Source: Lama glama (lineage: Eukaryota). From it: a stretch of 64,000 bases of DNA. Shown here one piece after another: positions 1 to 11,510 of this stretch. Positions within the stretch are counted from its first letter, which is position 1. Each line of letters starts with the position of its first letter. Made by a program: the position numbers and the translations under genes. The notes beneath the pieces are model-generated. The model made no database searches. It saw nothing but the letters and a program-made list of their open reading frames with translations, and was not told the origin of the DNA. The stretch is from contig CM052817.1 of assembly GCA_028534125.1 (NCBI GenBank), positions 25,298,001 through 25,362,000 on the forward strand, read 5' to 3'.

Positions 1-838
1 AAAGTAAGGAGACAGAGGAATACATTCCTAATGAAGGAACAAGACAAAACCTCAGAAAAAGAACTAAACAAAAAGGAGATAAGCAATCTCCCTGATATAG
101 AGTTAAAGGTAATGGTCATTAAGACCAATGCGCTTGAGAGAAGAATGGATAAACACAGTGAGAATTTTAACAAAGAGTTAGAAAATGTAAAGGCGAACCA
201 AATAGAGCTGAACAATACAATAACTGAAATGAAAAAACACACCAGAAGGAATCAACAGTAGGTTAGATGATGGAACAGATCAGGGAACTGGAAGACAGAG
301 TTGTGGAAATCACTGATGCTGAACAGAAAAACAAAAAAAGAGTGAAAAGAGGACAGTTTAAGAGACCTCTGGGACAACATAAAGTGCACTAATATTTTCA
401 TCATAAGGGGTCCCAAAAGGAGAAGAGAGAGAGAGAAAGGGGCTGAGAACATGATTGAAGACAAAATATCTGAAACCTTCCCTTGTGGAGGCTAACCAAT
501 AAGCTACTAAACAACCAGTGGGTCACTGAAGAAATCAAAGAGGAAATCAAACAACACCCAGAGACAAATATACACAAACCTGTTGCGTTTCTATACACTA
601 ACATCAAACTATCAGGAAGACAAATTAAGAAAAAAATTCCATTTATAACTGCATCAACTGGAATAAAATACCTAGATATAAGTCTAACCAAAGGAAGCAA
701 AAGACTTGTACTCAGAAAACTGTAAGACTTTGATTAAAGAAACTGAAGACAACACAAACAAATAGAAAGATATACTGTGTTCATGGACTGGAAGAATTCA
801 TATTGTTAAAATGACCATACCCTCCAAGGCAATGTGCA
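1..838 (+). mobile_element. LINE-1 relic: ORF1 fragment joined to two non-adjacent ORF2 fragments
   Basis: 31-480 translates to L1 ORF1-like coiled-coil sequence (KELNKKEISNLPDIELKVMVIK; later ...IIRGPKRRRE). 484-569 gives WRLTNKLLNNQWVTEEIKEEIK, which follows the ORF2 endonuclease domain. 570-838 gives HKPVAFLYTN..KIPF..IKYL..CSWTGRIHIVKM, the end of the RT region. Stops and frameshifts are present. Confidence 0.9.
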
Positions 839-1289
839 GTATTCTTCCTCTTATTGACTCAAGTTTGGTCAAACATAATTGGCATGTTCAGGGTTAAAGG
901 GAGGGGGAAAAGAATGCATGGTCTAAAGAGAAACAAAAATGACCAAACTGTTATTTAGCTAAACCATTATTTGGCGTCTTTTTTTTTTTTCTTTCTCAGA
1001 AACCAAAAAAGAGAAAGGACTGGAACATCTGGATAAATAGTAGCTCTATGACACTCCCTCTGGGAAAAAATTATCAATGTTATAATTCCAGGATTCATTT
1101 GCAAAGAATGCAACTTCCTTTTCTATTACAAATAAGTCTACTTTTTCTCAGATGACTAAGATGTGGTCAGACCTTCACCTCAACCCCCTCTCTAGCTAGG
1201 GTGATTTGGATGAAAACTTTCATGGCCCTCAGTCACTCTCATTGAAACTCAATGTTTATAGGATTTCAGAGTTGGAACAAATAAGAATC

Positions 1290-1492
1290 GTCTATCCAAG
1301 GAGATGCTGAATGGCCACAAAAGTAGGTAGAAATGGGGCCAAGTAGGCAGGACTCTGAGCCCTCGAATTTTTTCAAAAAAGTGCCTCATTGTCTTCTCTA
1401 AATATTTGTCTTCCACTTAAGATTTCATTCATTTGTAGAAAGAGTTTTATGGTTTAAAAGGGAAAAATAAACAAACTCAAAATCCACTGATT
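1290..1492. mobile_element. hAT-Charlie-like MER relic
   Basis: ttccacttaagatttcatt...aaatccactg resembles the terminus of old Charlie-type elements; a similar end lies at 21700-21910. Confidence 0.4.
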
Positions 1493-1762
1493 TGGCCTAA
1501 CATCCCATCTGATGCTCCTATGTCCCTGTCAAGGGTTCATTTAGTCTCTGCTGGGGGAGCCCTGAGATGGAAGCCTCCCTATTTCATGAAACAGCTTATT
1601 CCATTACATCTTCAGAGGGCAGAAATTGTCAGGAAGTCCTTTCTTATATTGAGGCCACATACAACTTACACATGGTAGTCTTATATAAACTGTCATCACC
1701 TATTCTAACTTGGGAAGAAGAAAGAGAAGGGCAAGAACAAGAGCATAAAGTAGGAAAGATGG

Positions 1763-1949
1763 ATATTGAATATAGTTCCCTGTGCTATATTCAATACCCA
1801 TCCTATAATAAAAAAGGACATGAAAAGGAATATATGTAAGTACATGTATGACTAAAACAACATTATGCTGTACACCAGAAATTGACACCACATTGGAAAC
1901 TGAATATATTTCAATAAAAATATTAGAAGGCCAAAAAAAAAAAAAAACC
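1763..1949 (+). mobile_element. Short 5'-truncated LINE-1 3' end with an inverted 5' tip, poly(A) and TSD
   Basis: 3'UTR motif ttatgctgtacaccagaaattgacac..., aataaa and A-tail. TSD aagtaggaaagatgg (1748-1762) vs aaggaggaaagatgg (1950-1964). Confidence 0.9.
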
Positions 1950-2056
1950 AAGGAGGAAAGATGGGTAAAAAGAGCAAATAGGATAAGCTTGAGCTGTGTT
2001 TCCAAAATTTCATCATTTAGCCTTATTCAACTTTGCCATATCCAACTCTGTTCATA

Positions 2057-3270
2057 TTTTCTTAACAGCTACATTGAGGTATAATTAACATACAATTGAC
2101 TGCACATGTTTAAGGTACAGCTTGATGAGTTTTGACATGGATATATACCACATCACCACAACTGACATGCTAAACATATTAATCACCCCCAAGTTTTTTT
2201 TGTACAACATTGCAATCACCCCTTCTCACGTCTTTCTGACCTCTGTCCAAAGACAACCATTGATCTGCTTTCTATCACTACAGATTAGTTTTCACTTTCT
2301 AGAATCTTATGTAAACGGAATCACTCAGTATGTACATCCTTTTTGTCTGGCTTCGTTAACTCAGTAAATTGTTTTGAAATTCATCCATGTTGTGTGTATC
2401 ACTAATGCGTTTCTTTTTATGACTGAGAAGTTTGCTATCGTATGAGGATACCACAATTTGTTTTTCCATTCACCTGTTGAAGAACGTTTGAGTTCTTGTC
2501 AGTATTTGGCTATTCCACATAAAGCTACCAGGAATGTCTTTGTACTAGTCTTTGTATGGACGTATGCATTCATTTCTCTTATACATGCAGCAGTAAAATG
2601 GTTGAATCATAGACTAGGTATATATTTCACTTTTTAAGAAACTATCAAACTGTTTTTCAAATTGATAATTCATTTATTCCCACCAGAATTTATTCCCACC
2701 ACCAGTGTATGAGAGGTTCTGTGGCTCTATACACTTGACAACATTGTGTATGGCTGGTCTTTTACATTGTAACCATTCTGACAGTGTACAGCAGTACCTC
2801 ATTTTGGTTCCAGTTGGAATTTTCTTACTGACTAGTGATGTGGAACTTATTTTCATGATCTTACTTACCACTCATATATGTTTTTTGGTGAAATGTCTGT
2901 TCAAACTTTTGCCCAGTTTTAATTGGGCTGTTGATTTTCTTATTGAGTTTTGAAGAGTGTTTTATATATTCTGGACACAAGTCCTTTACTAGATATGAGA
3001 TTTTTAAATATTTTTTCTAAGTTTGTGACTTGTCTTTTCATTCTCCCAATTGTGCTTTTCTAAGAGCAGAAGGTCTTAATTTTGACACAACTGAATTTAT
3101 CAATGTCTTTTTATTAATTGTGATTTTTGTGTTGTATCCAAGGGATCTTCTGTCTAATCTAAGGTCACAGAGATTTTCTCCTATGTTTTTTTCTAGAAGT
3201 TTGATAGCTTTTTGATAGATTCATTTTGAGTTGATTTTTGGATCTGGTATGAGGCAGAGATCAAAGGGTT
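2057..3270 (-). mobile_element. Old L1M (L1MB/L1MC-like) 3' end and ORF2 C-terminal region
   Basis: Typical antisense old-L1 text: attgaggtataattaacatacaa, atccatgttgtgtgtatc, cccaccaccagtgtatgagaggtt, ggtgaaatgtctgttcaaac, tctagaagtttgatag. Confidence 0.85.
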
Positions 3271-3274
3271 GCAT

Positions 3275-3605
3275 TTCTGTCTGTTTAGTTTTACTTATAG
3301 ATAGTCTGGCTTCCCTGGACTCCCAGCTCTGCTCCTGTGACCGAGGGAAACTATTGCTCAGCTTTGCTTGGGGTCCCCTTTCCTGTGCCACAACCTGGAA
3401 ACTCTCCAGGTAATAAGAGCTCAGGCAGTCAGAGGGCTCACCTCATTTGTCTCCTGTCAATCAGGGATCACCACTCATTCCACTGCCTCATGTCCAATAC
3501 CTTGAGTATTGTTGCTTCATATGTATATTTTTATTTTCAGCTATGACAGACAAAGGGGTAAATCTAGTCCTGGTTATTCTATCTTGACTAGATTTGGAAG
3601 TTCCT
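3275..3605 (-). mobile_element. Old L1M 5' UTR fragment (L1MC/L1MD-like)
   Basis: agggctcacctcatttgt..cagggatcac..tgtccaat..ggggtaaatctagtcctggttattctatcttg..ggaagt matches my recollection of antisense L1MC/MD 5' ends. Confidence 0.6.
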
Positions 3606-4526
3606 ATATTCTTATTTAACCTATTTTCTGATTTTTCCTTTATTCGATCTAAGTATTTATATTAATGTAATCACAGATTTACAATGCTACTGCTGTATTG
3701 TTTTAATTCTAATGCACATTAAAGTAAACATCACGCTATTAACATTTTAAAATGTGCATTTGTATACCATCTCAAATTATCATGCTTATTACTTCAGTGG
3801 TTCCCATATTACAAGGTGGGCAAAACCAGTCTCAAGCATTTACCTTGATGGCCCTACCTCATCTACCTCCCTCCCCCAAGTCATACCATGAGCGTGGAAA
3901 ATTCTCGGGGAAGTCAGTGATCTACTTTATATTCGTTGTTTTTTTTCAGACTTTTGGAAAAGGTTAGGGATGAAGGAGGAATGTTGGGTCTGTCCACAGA
4001 GGAGCCCCTGAGTGCCAGCTGATTGTGATGTGAGTGTGGCTAACCTTTCCATTTGTAAAATAATCTGGAAAGGCTTTTTTTTTCCCATGAGAAATGGTGA
4101 GAAATTTCCTAATATTGAAAGAAAGAAAGAGAAAGAGAAAGAAAGGAAGAAAATGAAGAATCCAACAGTATAAATCAGTGGATTGCACCACTGGCCACCA
4201 TTTGGCAAACTTGTGGCAAAGCTCTCTGGAGGGTAGTCTGCAACTGAAACTTCTCTGACACTGTTGTATAAAGAAGTGGCTCCCTTCTTATCGGTTGGGC
4301 TGGATTGTGCAGGGGTCAAAAGAGGGTGAGGTGGAAGGAATCAGATTATCTTCTATTGTTTTATGCTGAACTATTGTAAAGTTCTGCATTTTTTAGTCAA
4401 AAAGGATGGAACATCTGCAGTGTCAAAAAGTTTAGCCTAGTAGGGTTATTGATAAGCACCATGACCCTGAGGACAGTCCCGGGATTGAGTTAGCAATTCT
4501 TGATATTTAGTGGCTGAGGATGGAAA

Positions 4527-4913
4527 GTATTAGAGAGGGTAGGCTAACTGCTGTTACCAATGGACTCTAACATATAAAATGGCTCAAACACAGTAAAAAT
4601 GTATGCCCCCCTCACTTACACAGTCCAAAGCAGTTTTGAATTGCCTGGAGGCTCTGTTCAACAATTTGTTCGGGAACCAAGACAGGAAGAGAAACTCTGC
4701 AGTCTTCAACACTCAGTTTTCAAGGTCACTCCATGTGCCAACAACCAGCAGCAGCAGAAGAGAGTATATGAGAGGCTTCTACGGGCCAGATCTGGGAGTG
4801 GCCCACATCATTTTAATCACATTCCACTGCAAGGGAAACTGGACATTGTGTTCTCATTGTGTGCCAAGAAAGAATAGAAAATGGACTGGTGAATGGTTGG
4901 CAACCTCTGACAC
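4527..4913 (-). mobile_element. MaLR solo LTR (MLT1J/K-like)
   Basis: aggctaactgctgttac..aatggctcaaacaca..cacattcca..tgcaagggaaactgg..ggcaacctctgacaca. Confidence 0.7.
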
Positions 4914-5104
4914 AAAGAAAGAAAGCTTGAAGTAAATCAGTGACTAGGTTAAAACTTAGGAGACTGGGCACATCAACCGTTAGGAGATGTCTGGCTCTGA
5001 TATCTCAGAATTCAGGCAAAAATTCAGGAAAGACAGTTTTCCAGAGGACATACAGAATTTCAGGCTTGCAAGAAATTTTAAGCCAATTTGTAAGTCAGCT
5101 TGAA

Positions 5105-5270
5105 TAGCAGTCGATAGAAAGAACGTGGACTGTGCCATTAACTAGCTCTGTGACCTTTGACAAGTCTTAACCTGTCTGAGATTTAGATTTCCTTTAAATT
5201 ATATAATTTTTAGCATAGTTCTAAGAATTTGAGATAAAGTGTGTAATACACAAGCATGACACGTAGTCGT
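5105..5270 (+). mobile_element. MIR SINE relic
   Basis: MIR core tgccattaactagctctgtgacctttgacaagtcttaacctgtctgag. Confidence 0.65.
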
Positions 5271-5664
5271 GAAACCCAGCCAAATGGTTATCCAGGTTCC
5301 ATTAGGAAATCTCCATGGGCAGGGAGCTCAATGCTTCCAGGGTAGCCCTTTCCATGTCTATGCAGAGCTGACAGCCAGGAATATTCTTTGTCTCAAACGA
5401 AATCCGTTTTCACCTCGAGTCTTACTTCTATCCACTAAAACCACACAGAGTGAGGTGAATCACGTTTCTGCATGACAGTTTTTTGGACACCTAAAACTAG
5501 CACTCATACCCTGGGACTGTTCTTCCAGTTCCTTCTTCTTTGAATCCCTCACCATTCCTGTTGCTCTCATTCGAAAAACTTCTACTTTGTCTTTAGGTGC
5601 TTAAAATGTGATTCACTTACACTGGCACAGAGTACCATGATAGGGTCTTCTCTCATTTAAGGAA

Positions 5665-6184
5665 TGTATTAGTCAGGGCTAGGGTATCAGCTATGCTACT
5701 GTAACAAAAATACTTCAAAATATACTTGTTCAAATAAGAGAGAAACCTCTTAGTCTGGAGGTAGGCAGGTGGCCCAGAACAGGTGTGTGGCTTGTCTAGG
5801 CACTGAAGTTTCTTTCACTTCCAAGATCTTCTTGCCCCCTAAGATGTTGTTGCCGTGTATGATTACAGCTGGCTCACCAGGGCCACATCCAAGTCCCAGC
5901 CAGACTCGAGTGGAGGTGAAGCAAAGAAGTGAAGGAAGTGGAGGGCAAGCAATGTTCTTATACGGAAGCAAACACCACTCACGCTCATCGTGTCTGCTCC
6001 ATCCATTAGTGAGAACTGAGTCACGTGATCACAGCTAGCTGCAAGGGATCCTGGGAAATGTAAGTTCTACTTTGGGGGTGAGAGGCAGGGGCTGGAACAC
6101 TGTACTTTGCTATAATGGAAGTGAATTCTATTGCCAGGAACAAGGCGAGAATGGACACAGAAGGAAAACTACAAGTCTCTCCAT
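5665..6184 (-). mobile_element. MaLR solo LTR (MLT1I/J/K-like)
   Basis: tgtattagtcaggg..ctatgctactgtaacaaa..gagaactgagtcacgtgatcacagctagctgcaagggatcctgggaaatgtaag. Confidence 0.8.
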
Positions 6185-6444
6185 GAGAAACTGTGAAAAA
6201 CTGAAAGTCCCCCAGATTAAAAGAACTTAGGAATAATTAGCAAGAATCAGTACAAATTGCTAAGAGGAAATGGGGGGAAATATTAAACAGGGTATCTGTA
6301 GCTCAGCTATGTGGCAGGCTAGAAAGTGACAATGACAAATGGCTAAATAAATTGAATTGCTGCAGTTGTTGCCCAGAAAATGAATGACTAAACAGAGTAG
6401 ACGCTTCCACCAGAACATTAAGTTAGAAGTTAAAAAATTTTTAA

Positions 6445-7002
6445 GTCGAGGCTGTGGAGAAAGGGGAACCCTCCTACACTGCTGGTGGGAATGCAGTTTG
6501 GTGCAGCCACTATGGAAAACAGTGTGGAGATTCCTCAAAAGACTAGGAATACACTTACCATATGACCCAGGAATCCCACTCCTGGCTTGTTTCCAGAAGG
6601 AAATCTACTTCAGGATGACACCTGCACTCCAATGTTCATAGCAACACTACTTGCAATAGCCAAAACATGGAAACAGCCTAAATGTCCATCAATAGGTGAC
6701 TGGATAAAGAAGATGTGGTATATTTATATAAAGGAATACTACTCAGCCATAAAAACTGACAACATAACGCCATTTGCAGCAACATGGATGCTCCTAGAGA
6801 ATGTCATTCTAAGTGAAGTAAGCCAGAAAGAGAAAGAAAAATACCATATGAGATCGCTCATATGTGGAATCTAAAGACTCATGGACAGAGAATACAGACT
6901 TGTTACCAGGGGGGTAGAGGGTGGGAAAGGATAAACTGGGATTTCAAAATTGTAGAATAGATAAACAAGATTACACTGTATAGCACAGGGAAATATACAC
7001 AA
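6445..7002 (+). mobile_element. Young lineage-specific LINE-1 3' part (ORF2 cysteine-rich C-terminus plus 3'UTR), running into the gap
   Basis: [40 protein letters not shown], then after a frameshift TCTPMFIA..IAKTWKQPKCPS..WIKKMWYIY..EKEKYHMRSLICGI*. Very similar to the copy at 43450. Confidence 0.95.
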
Positions 7003-7102
7003 NNNNNNNNNNNNNNNNNNNNNNNNNNNNNNNNNNNNNNNNNNNNNNNNNNNNNNNNNNNNNNNNNNNNNNNNNNNNNNNNNNNNNNNNNNNNNNNNNN
7101 NN
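7003..7102. other. Assembly gap (100 N, probably a placeholder of unknown size)
   Basis: Run of exactly 100 n. Confidence 0.99.
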
Positions 7103-9197
7103 TAGAACGGGCAATTTAACCTGGAAGTTCCCGAAATGTCAATGAACGAAAAAAGCAGACAAACTGGGGAAAACAAACGTTTTCATTTTGGAGTGGGGTG
7201 GGAATAATTGCTATGAAATATGCTAAAGGCCTAGCTCGGTTTCTGGTGGTTTCTTGGGGCTTTAAGATTTCCTTTTCATGATTCATTGGCCACAAATCAT
7301 TGAAAGTACCAAGAAGTAAAATATGCTTTAGGCTAAATGCATAAATCTCCTTCAGCTTTTAGTAGGACTCCAATATTGACATTTAGAAGGAGGAAATTTT
7401 TTCCCCATACGGTAACAGCCATCAAGCCCCAACATTATTGTTGGAAAATACAACTCCAAGTGTATACCCTGCAGAACAGAAGTCAATTGGGCAGGATCAT
7501 CTCATTTTTTAAAAAAAGGATACTCCACTCATTAATTTAATTGCTTTTACAGGAAATCAGCGATGGCTAAAGTGACCACAGTCTACACCCTCCATTATGA
7601 AATTCTAGTTGGCGGTTAGTACAATGGTGAGAAGCAACGCCTGAGAGTGGACGGTGTGCTAGGCTGGGATCAGAGCTAGCCTGGGTCCTGCTCAACAGCC
7701 TAATGTCTTGCCAAAATTTCCCTGTGTAAACTTTATTAGAATCACTTTCAGAAAAGAATAGGGGTTATTAAACCTGAAATTATTCTTTGGAATGGAAAAT
7801 CCCTACTCTTGAACAAGAGCACGAGAGAAAGATTTTGGAATTTTTACATTAACGTGAAGGCAGTTACTCAAAGGGGGTTTAGTTCACTTCTCTCAGCATC
7901 TGTTCTGTGGGATTTCTTTTCCTTTTTTCCCTAGAGGTAATTCTCAATAACCTCCTTCTAGAAGTAGCTTTGAAGTCCTCTGCGCACCTGTGTAGATTAT
8001 AGAGTAGGGAGGCAGGGCTTCCACACCCAAACTCTAAATTCACAAGGCAGCATGACAGCTTAGACATGCCCCCTAGGATCTCGTCTAAAAGGTGAACCCG
8101 AGCTTGGTGTAATCTCCTGCAGTGCTTAACCCTTGCCCGGACTGAGCACAGGGCCCCCATCCTGGGGAAAGAGGACAGACCCTGCTTCTGTAAGTTACAA
8201 CTCTGTCTTCAGAAAGATACCTCACCCGGTAGGTGGGCTTTTGTGATAGGGGCTCTCAGAACATTATAGAGAATTTCTGACTGTCCCTTATTCTTTCTTT
8301 GAGGACACAAGAGTGATGAAATGTGACCTCCTGATAGGATCCCACCCCCTTGGCTTGTTGGATTTTGAATTAACATGTTAATGACACTATTGGGGAATAA
8401 AGGAAGGGGAAATCTCTCTTCCTAACATTACCTGAGCCACTGCCTTTATCCTATTCTCTTTCTCCTGTATCACCACCCCTTATCCTGAGTGAAAGCGTCA
8501 GGGGCTGGCCTTATTTCCTAACGGATGGCATGGGATTGAAGGATCACAGGAAGAGTGGAAGAGGATGGGTCTGGAAAAGCTACGACAAAACATTAGGGCT
8601 TGGGTTGGTTGGGTTGGGAGAATTCTAAGACCAGGGTCAGGAGCAGTGTTGGTCATGGAACTGGCCATGCTAGGCAGGCAAAGAGAAGGGGAGGATAGTG
8701 AGGAGAACTTGGCTGAGAGCCAAGCGTTTGCCCTAGGCAGGAAGTTCCTCACATCCCTCCAACTGCGGTGGGACCGACCCTGGGCCCGGCCAGCCTCGGC
8801 CTTGCAGGTGCAGGCAGGGAAGAGGCTGCACCTGGCTTGAGTGGGCGTGGAGGTGGAAACTGCAGATGGGCACTTGGTTTCTGGCTACAGATCTGGTTCT
8901 GCTCCAGTGCCACTCCCTGACCTCCAGGAACAAGGAACTCTCTGGCTCCTACCTTGCAGTCCAAGGAACCCTCTTCCTAGCCGGCTTCTCAGTCTGGCTT
9001 TTATCTTGTGGTTTTTGGCTTTGTCATAGTTCCGGGACTGTTCCGAGTGGTCCTAATTTCACCCTCTGTGTCTAAGACCAATCCTACTCCTCTTCCTGAC
9101 AGGCTGATAAGGACCCTTCCAGAGTTCTTTCCTCTTTGGGCCCCAGACTATTTTCAACCTCTAGCTCAGATGAATCTCTAAGCAGTAGGTACCATCT

Positions 9198-9310
9198 TTC
9201 TTTTGGTATTTATATATATATATATATATTTTAATTGAAGTATAGTCAGTTTACAATGTCGTGTCAATTTCTAGTGTACAGCGTAAAGTTTCAATCATAC
9301 ATGAACATAC
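9198..9310 (-). mobile_element. Very short LINE-1 3' end with (TA)n-converted tail and TSD
   Basis: ttttaattgaagtatagtcagtttacaatgtcgtgtcaatttctagtgtacagc; TSD aggtaccatct at 9187-9197 and 9311-9321. Confidence 0.85.
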
Positions 9311-9819
9311 AGGTACCATCTGTTTTTAAAAAAAGTCTTTCTCTCAGTTAATTATTTCAATCCCTGGTTCTAGCCTTTATGCATAGGAAGAAATCATGAC
9401 ACGGAGATTTGGCCAGGATCCTAAATCTTGCAACCATCAATCAGCTCATACCACAATAAAAGATCCCCAAGACACCTTTCTCTTTGTCCCCCTGCCCTTT
9501 TCTGGCCTCCCCTCTCTGAGTTGTTAGCCTGTTGACCCTCAGATGGAGGTAGCCTGGGAAGCTGCTCTAAGTCTCCTTTCTTCTGACCCCCAGGTTGGTT
9601 CCAGCACCACAGCCCCCACCCCCCACACCAAGCTGGAAGTTATTTCCATCCAGCCTGTCTCCCTGCATCTGCCCAGGGACATGGACTCAAATAAGACACA
9701 GTGAAGACAAAAGCAAGATTATTCCACATCCTATTTTTGCTTATAAATTACATCTCCTCCTACCATTGTATGTTCTACTCTTTAGAATAGTATAATCTTA
9801 CAAAATCTGTCATCTATTA

Positions 9820-9978
9820 TATCCCTTTCAGAATTTGCCATCTTTATGAATAGAATTTCACTCCCTAGAGAAAAAAAAAACACAAAATGAGTGACAATTT
9901 GCATACAATTTAAGGGTGCTCTTGTAGCCCAGGGAGCCCCTGGGTCAAGCCCCTTGAACCCTGGGTCAAGACCCTGGC
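9820..9978. mobile_element. hAT-Charlie-like MER relic
   Basis: aatttgcatacaatttaaggg...cccctgggtcaag...accctg resembles old hAT-Charlie ends. Confidence 0.45.
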
Positions 9979-10224
9979 CCTGAGGTTAGTATGTGCCTTC
10001 TGACCTTGATGAATGGACTTTCAGACACTTTCATGAGGACTTTCCTGTTCCTTTTAATCCAAAACAACTTTCCAAACTAGTTCTCCAGGCTCTGTGCAGC
10101 TCTTCTTCCCAGCCCCGCTCCGTGCATTCACACCTCAGAATCACCCTCAACAGCATCTTTATTATTAATGTCATTCCTCCTGAGCTCCACCTTACACCCT
10201 AGATCTTTTCTAGGAGACATGGTG

Positions 10225-10450
10225 TTAGTAGAAGAAATTCAAATTTATGGATTTGAAGCTTAAAGAAACCCTCTTTAAGAAAGAGAGTATAAAAATATCT
10301 TACCATTGCAAATTTCACAACCCCTCCAAATATATATATATATATATGGCAAACATACACTGAGGTCCCCTACCAGGACCTTGGTAAGGCCTATGCAAGT
10401 GAGAGGCTCAGAGGTTAAGCTTCACTGGCTCCATGGTAAGTCCATCTCTG
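10225..10450. mobile_element. hAT-Tip100-like DNA transposon relic
   Basis: ggcctatgcaagtgagaggctcagaggttaagcttcactggctccatggtaagtccatctctg terminus; ccctctttaagaaa subterminal motif. Confidence 0.55.
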
Positions 10451-10899
10451 TATGTTAGCCTATGAGAGGTGATCCCGGGCTGGCCCACTAGAAGATGCCT
10501 TGCTCAGTGATTCCTTGTCTATCTGGAGGGTTGGTAGATATGTCTTTTACATGCAGCTCAGAGCTCCATGTCCTCAGAAAGCCTGCACCTTACTGCCAAG
10601 CATGACAGCAGCAGCTTGTGGTGATTAATTAGATTTTTAATTAATGCCTCACCACTTAATTAAGAAGGATCCCTTGGAGTAAAACCCCAACTAAAAATTC
10701 TTTCTTTTATGAATCCTCCCTGCCTGATATCAGAGGAAAAGATGAAACAAGGCCGTGTGATGTGTGTTGGGTTTTATTCTCCCACGGGGTCACAAAGATA
10801 ATATCAGAACAGCTGTATAGATTCCAATTTATTTCTGTAAAACTTTCTCACTCTCTGGTTTGCCTGGTGTCCTTTCTCTGGGATTCATTTTCATTTTTA

Positions 10900-11035
10900 T
10901 TATTCAGCTCTTTTTAAGGCAGCAACATTTACTGAGTAGCTACTACGTGCTGGGCATTGTTGTAGGTGCTCTGGAGACTCAAAGAGGGTAACTGCCGCCC
11001 CTGCCCTCCAGGGAACCCCGGGCTCAGAGAGGCAG
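10900..11035 (-). mobile_element. L2 3' end relic
   Basis: aacatttactgagtagctactacgtgctgggcattgttgtaggtgct...cctgccctccaggga. Confidence 0.7.
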
Positions 11036-11309
11036 TGAGATCTGCCAGGGTGGAAAGATAATTAGGACAAGCAAAGAGGAGGCAGGATAATAAAGAAATG
11101 ACTGTCAGTGGAGCTTGAAACTGACTCTGGTGACAGTTCCCCTAGAAGACTCCCCAAGCTGGTTTGAGCAGTCATAGTGTCATTGTGGACCAAGCCGAGT
11201 GCTAGACATTTTACACACATTCTCTCTGATTCTCACAATTTAGAGTAGAGGACAATGAAGCAATGAGCACCTTGTCCACGACCCTCACGCTGGTTGAACT
11301 CCCTTGCTA

Positions 11310-11510
11310 TGTCCTCCCGCAGCACTGGGTTGGTTGCCTGTGGTTACACCCCAACCCCCAACTATAATCATTGTCCAGTGCCCTCTCCACTGTAGGCTCC
11401 ATCAGAGAAGGGATTGTGTGTCTGCCTTTGTTACCGCTGCATTCCCAGCACCCAGTACAGACCAGCATAAAAACTCAAGAAATATTTCGTGAATGAATTG
11501 ACAGAATGAG
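11310..11510 (+). mobile_element. L2 3' end relic
   Basis: tgtaggctccatcagagaaggga..ttcccagcacccagtacag..aaatatttcgtgaatgaa. Confidence 0.7.

Noticed and set aside
31..725. ORFs 31..261 and 483..725 as host genes
   Set aside because: They are disrupted L1 ORF1/ORF2 fragments.
6260..6874. ORFs with HCWWEC and WKQPKCPS motifs (also 20076-20393 and 43416-43679)
   Set aside because: L1 ORF2 C-terminal remnants in 5'-truncated copies, not independent CDS.
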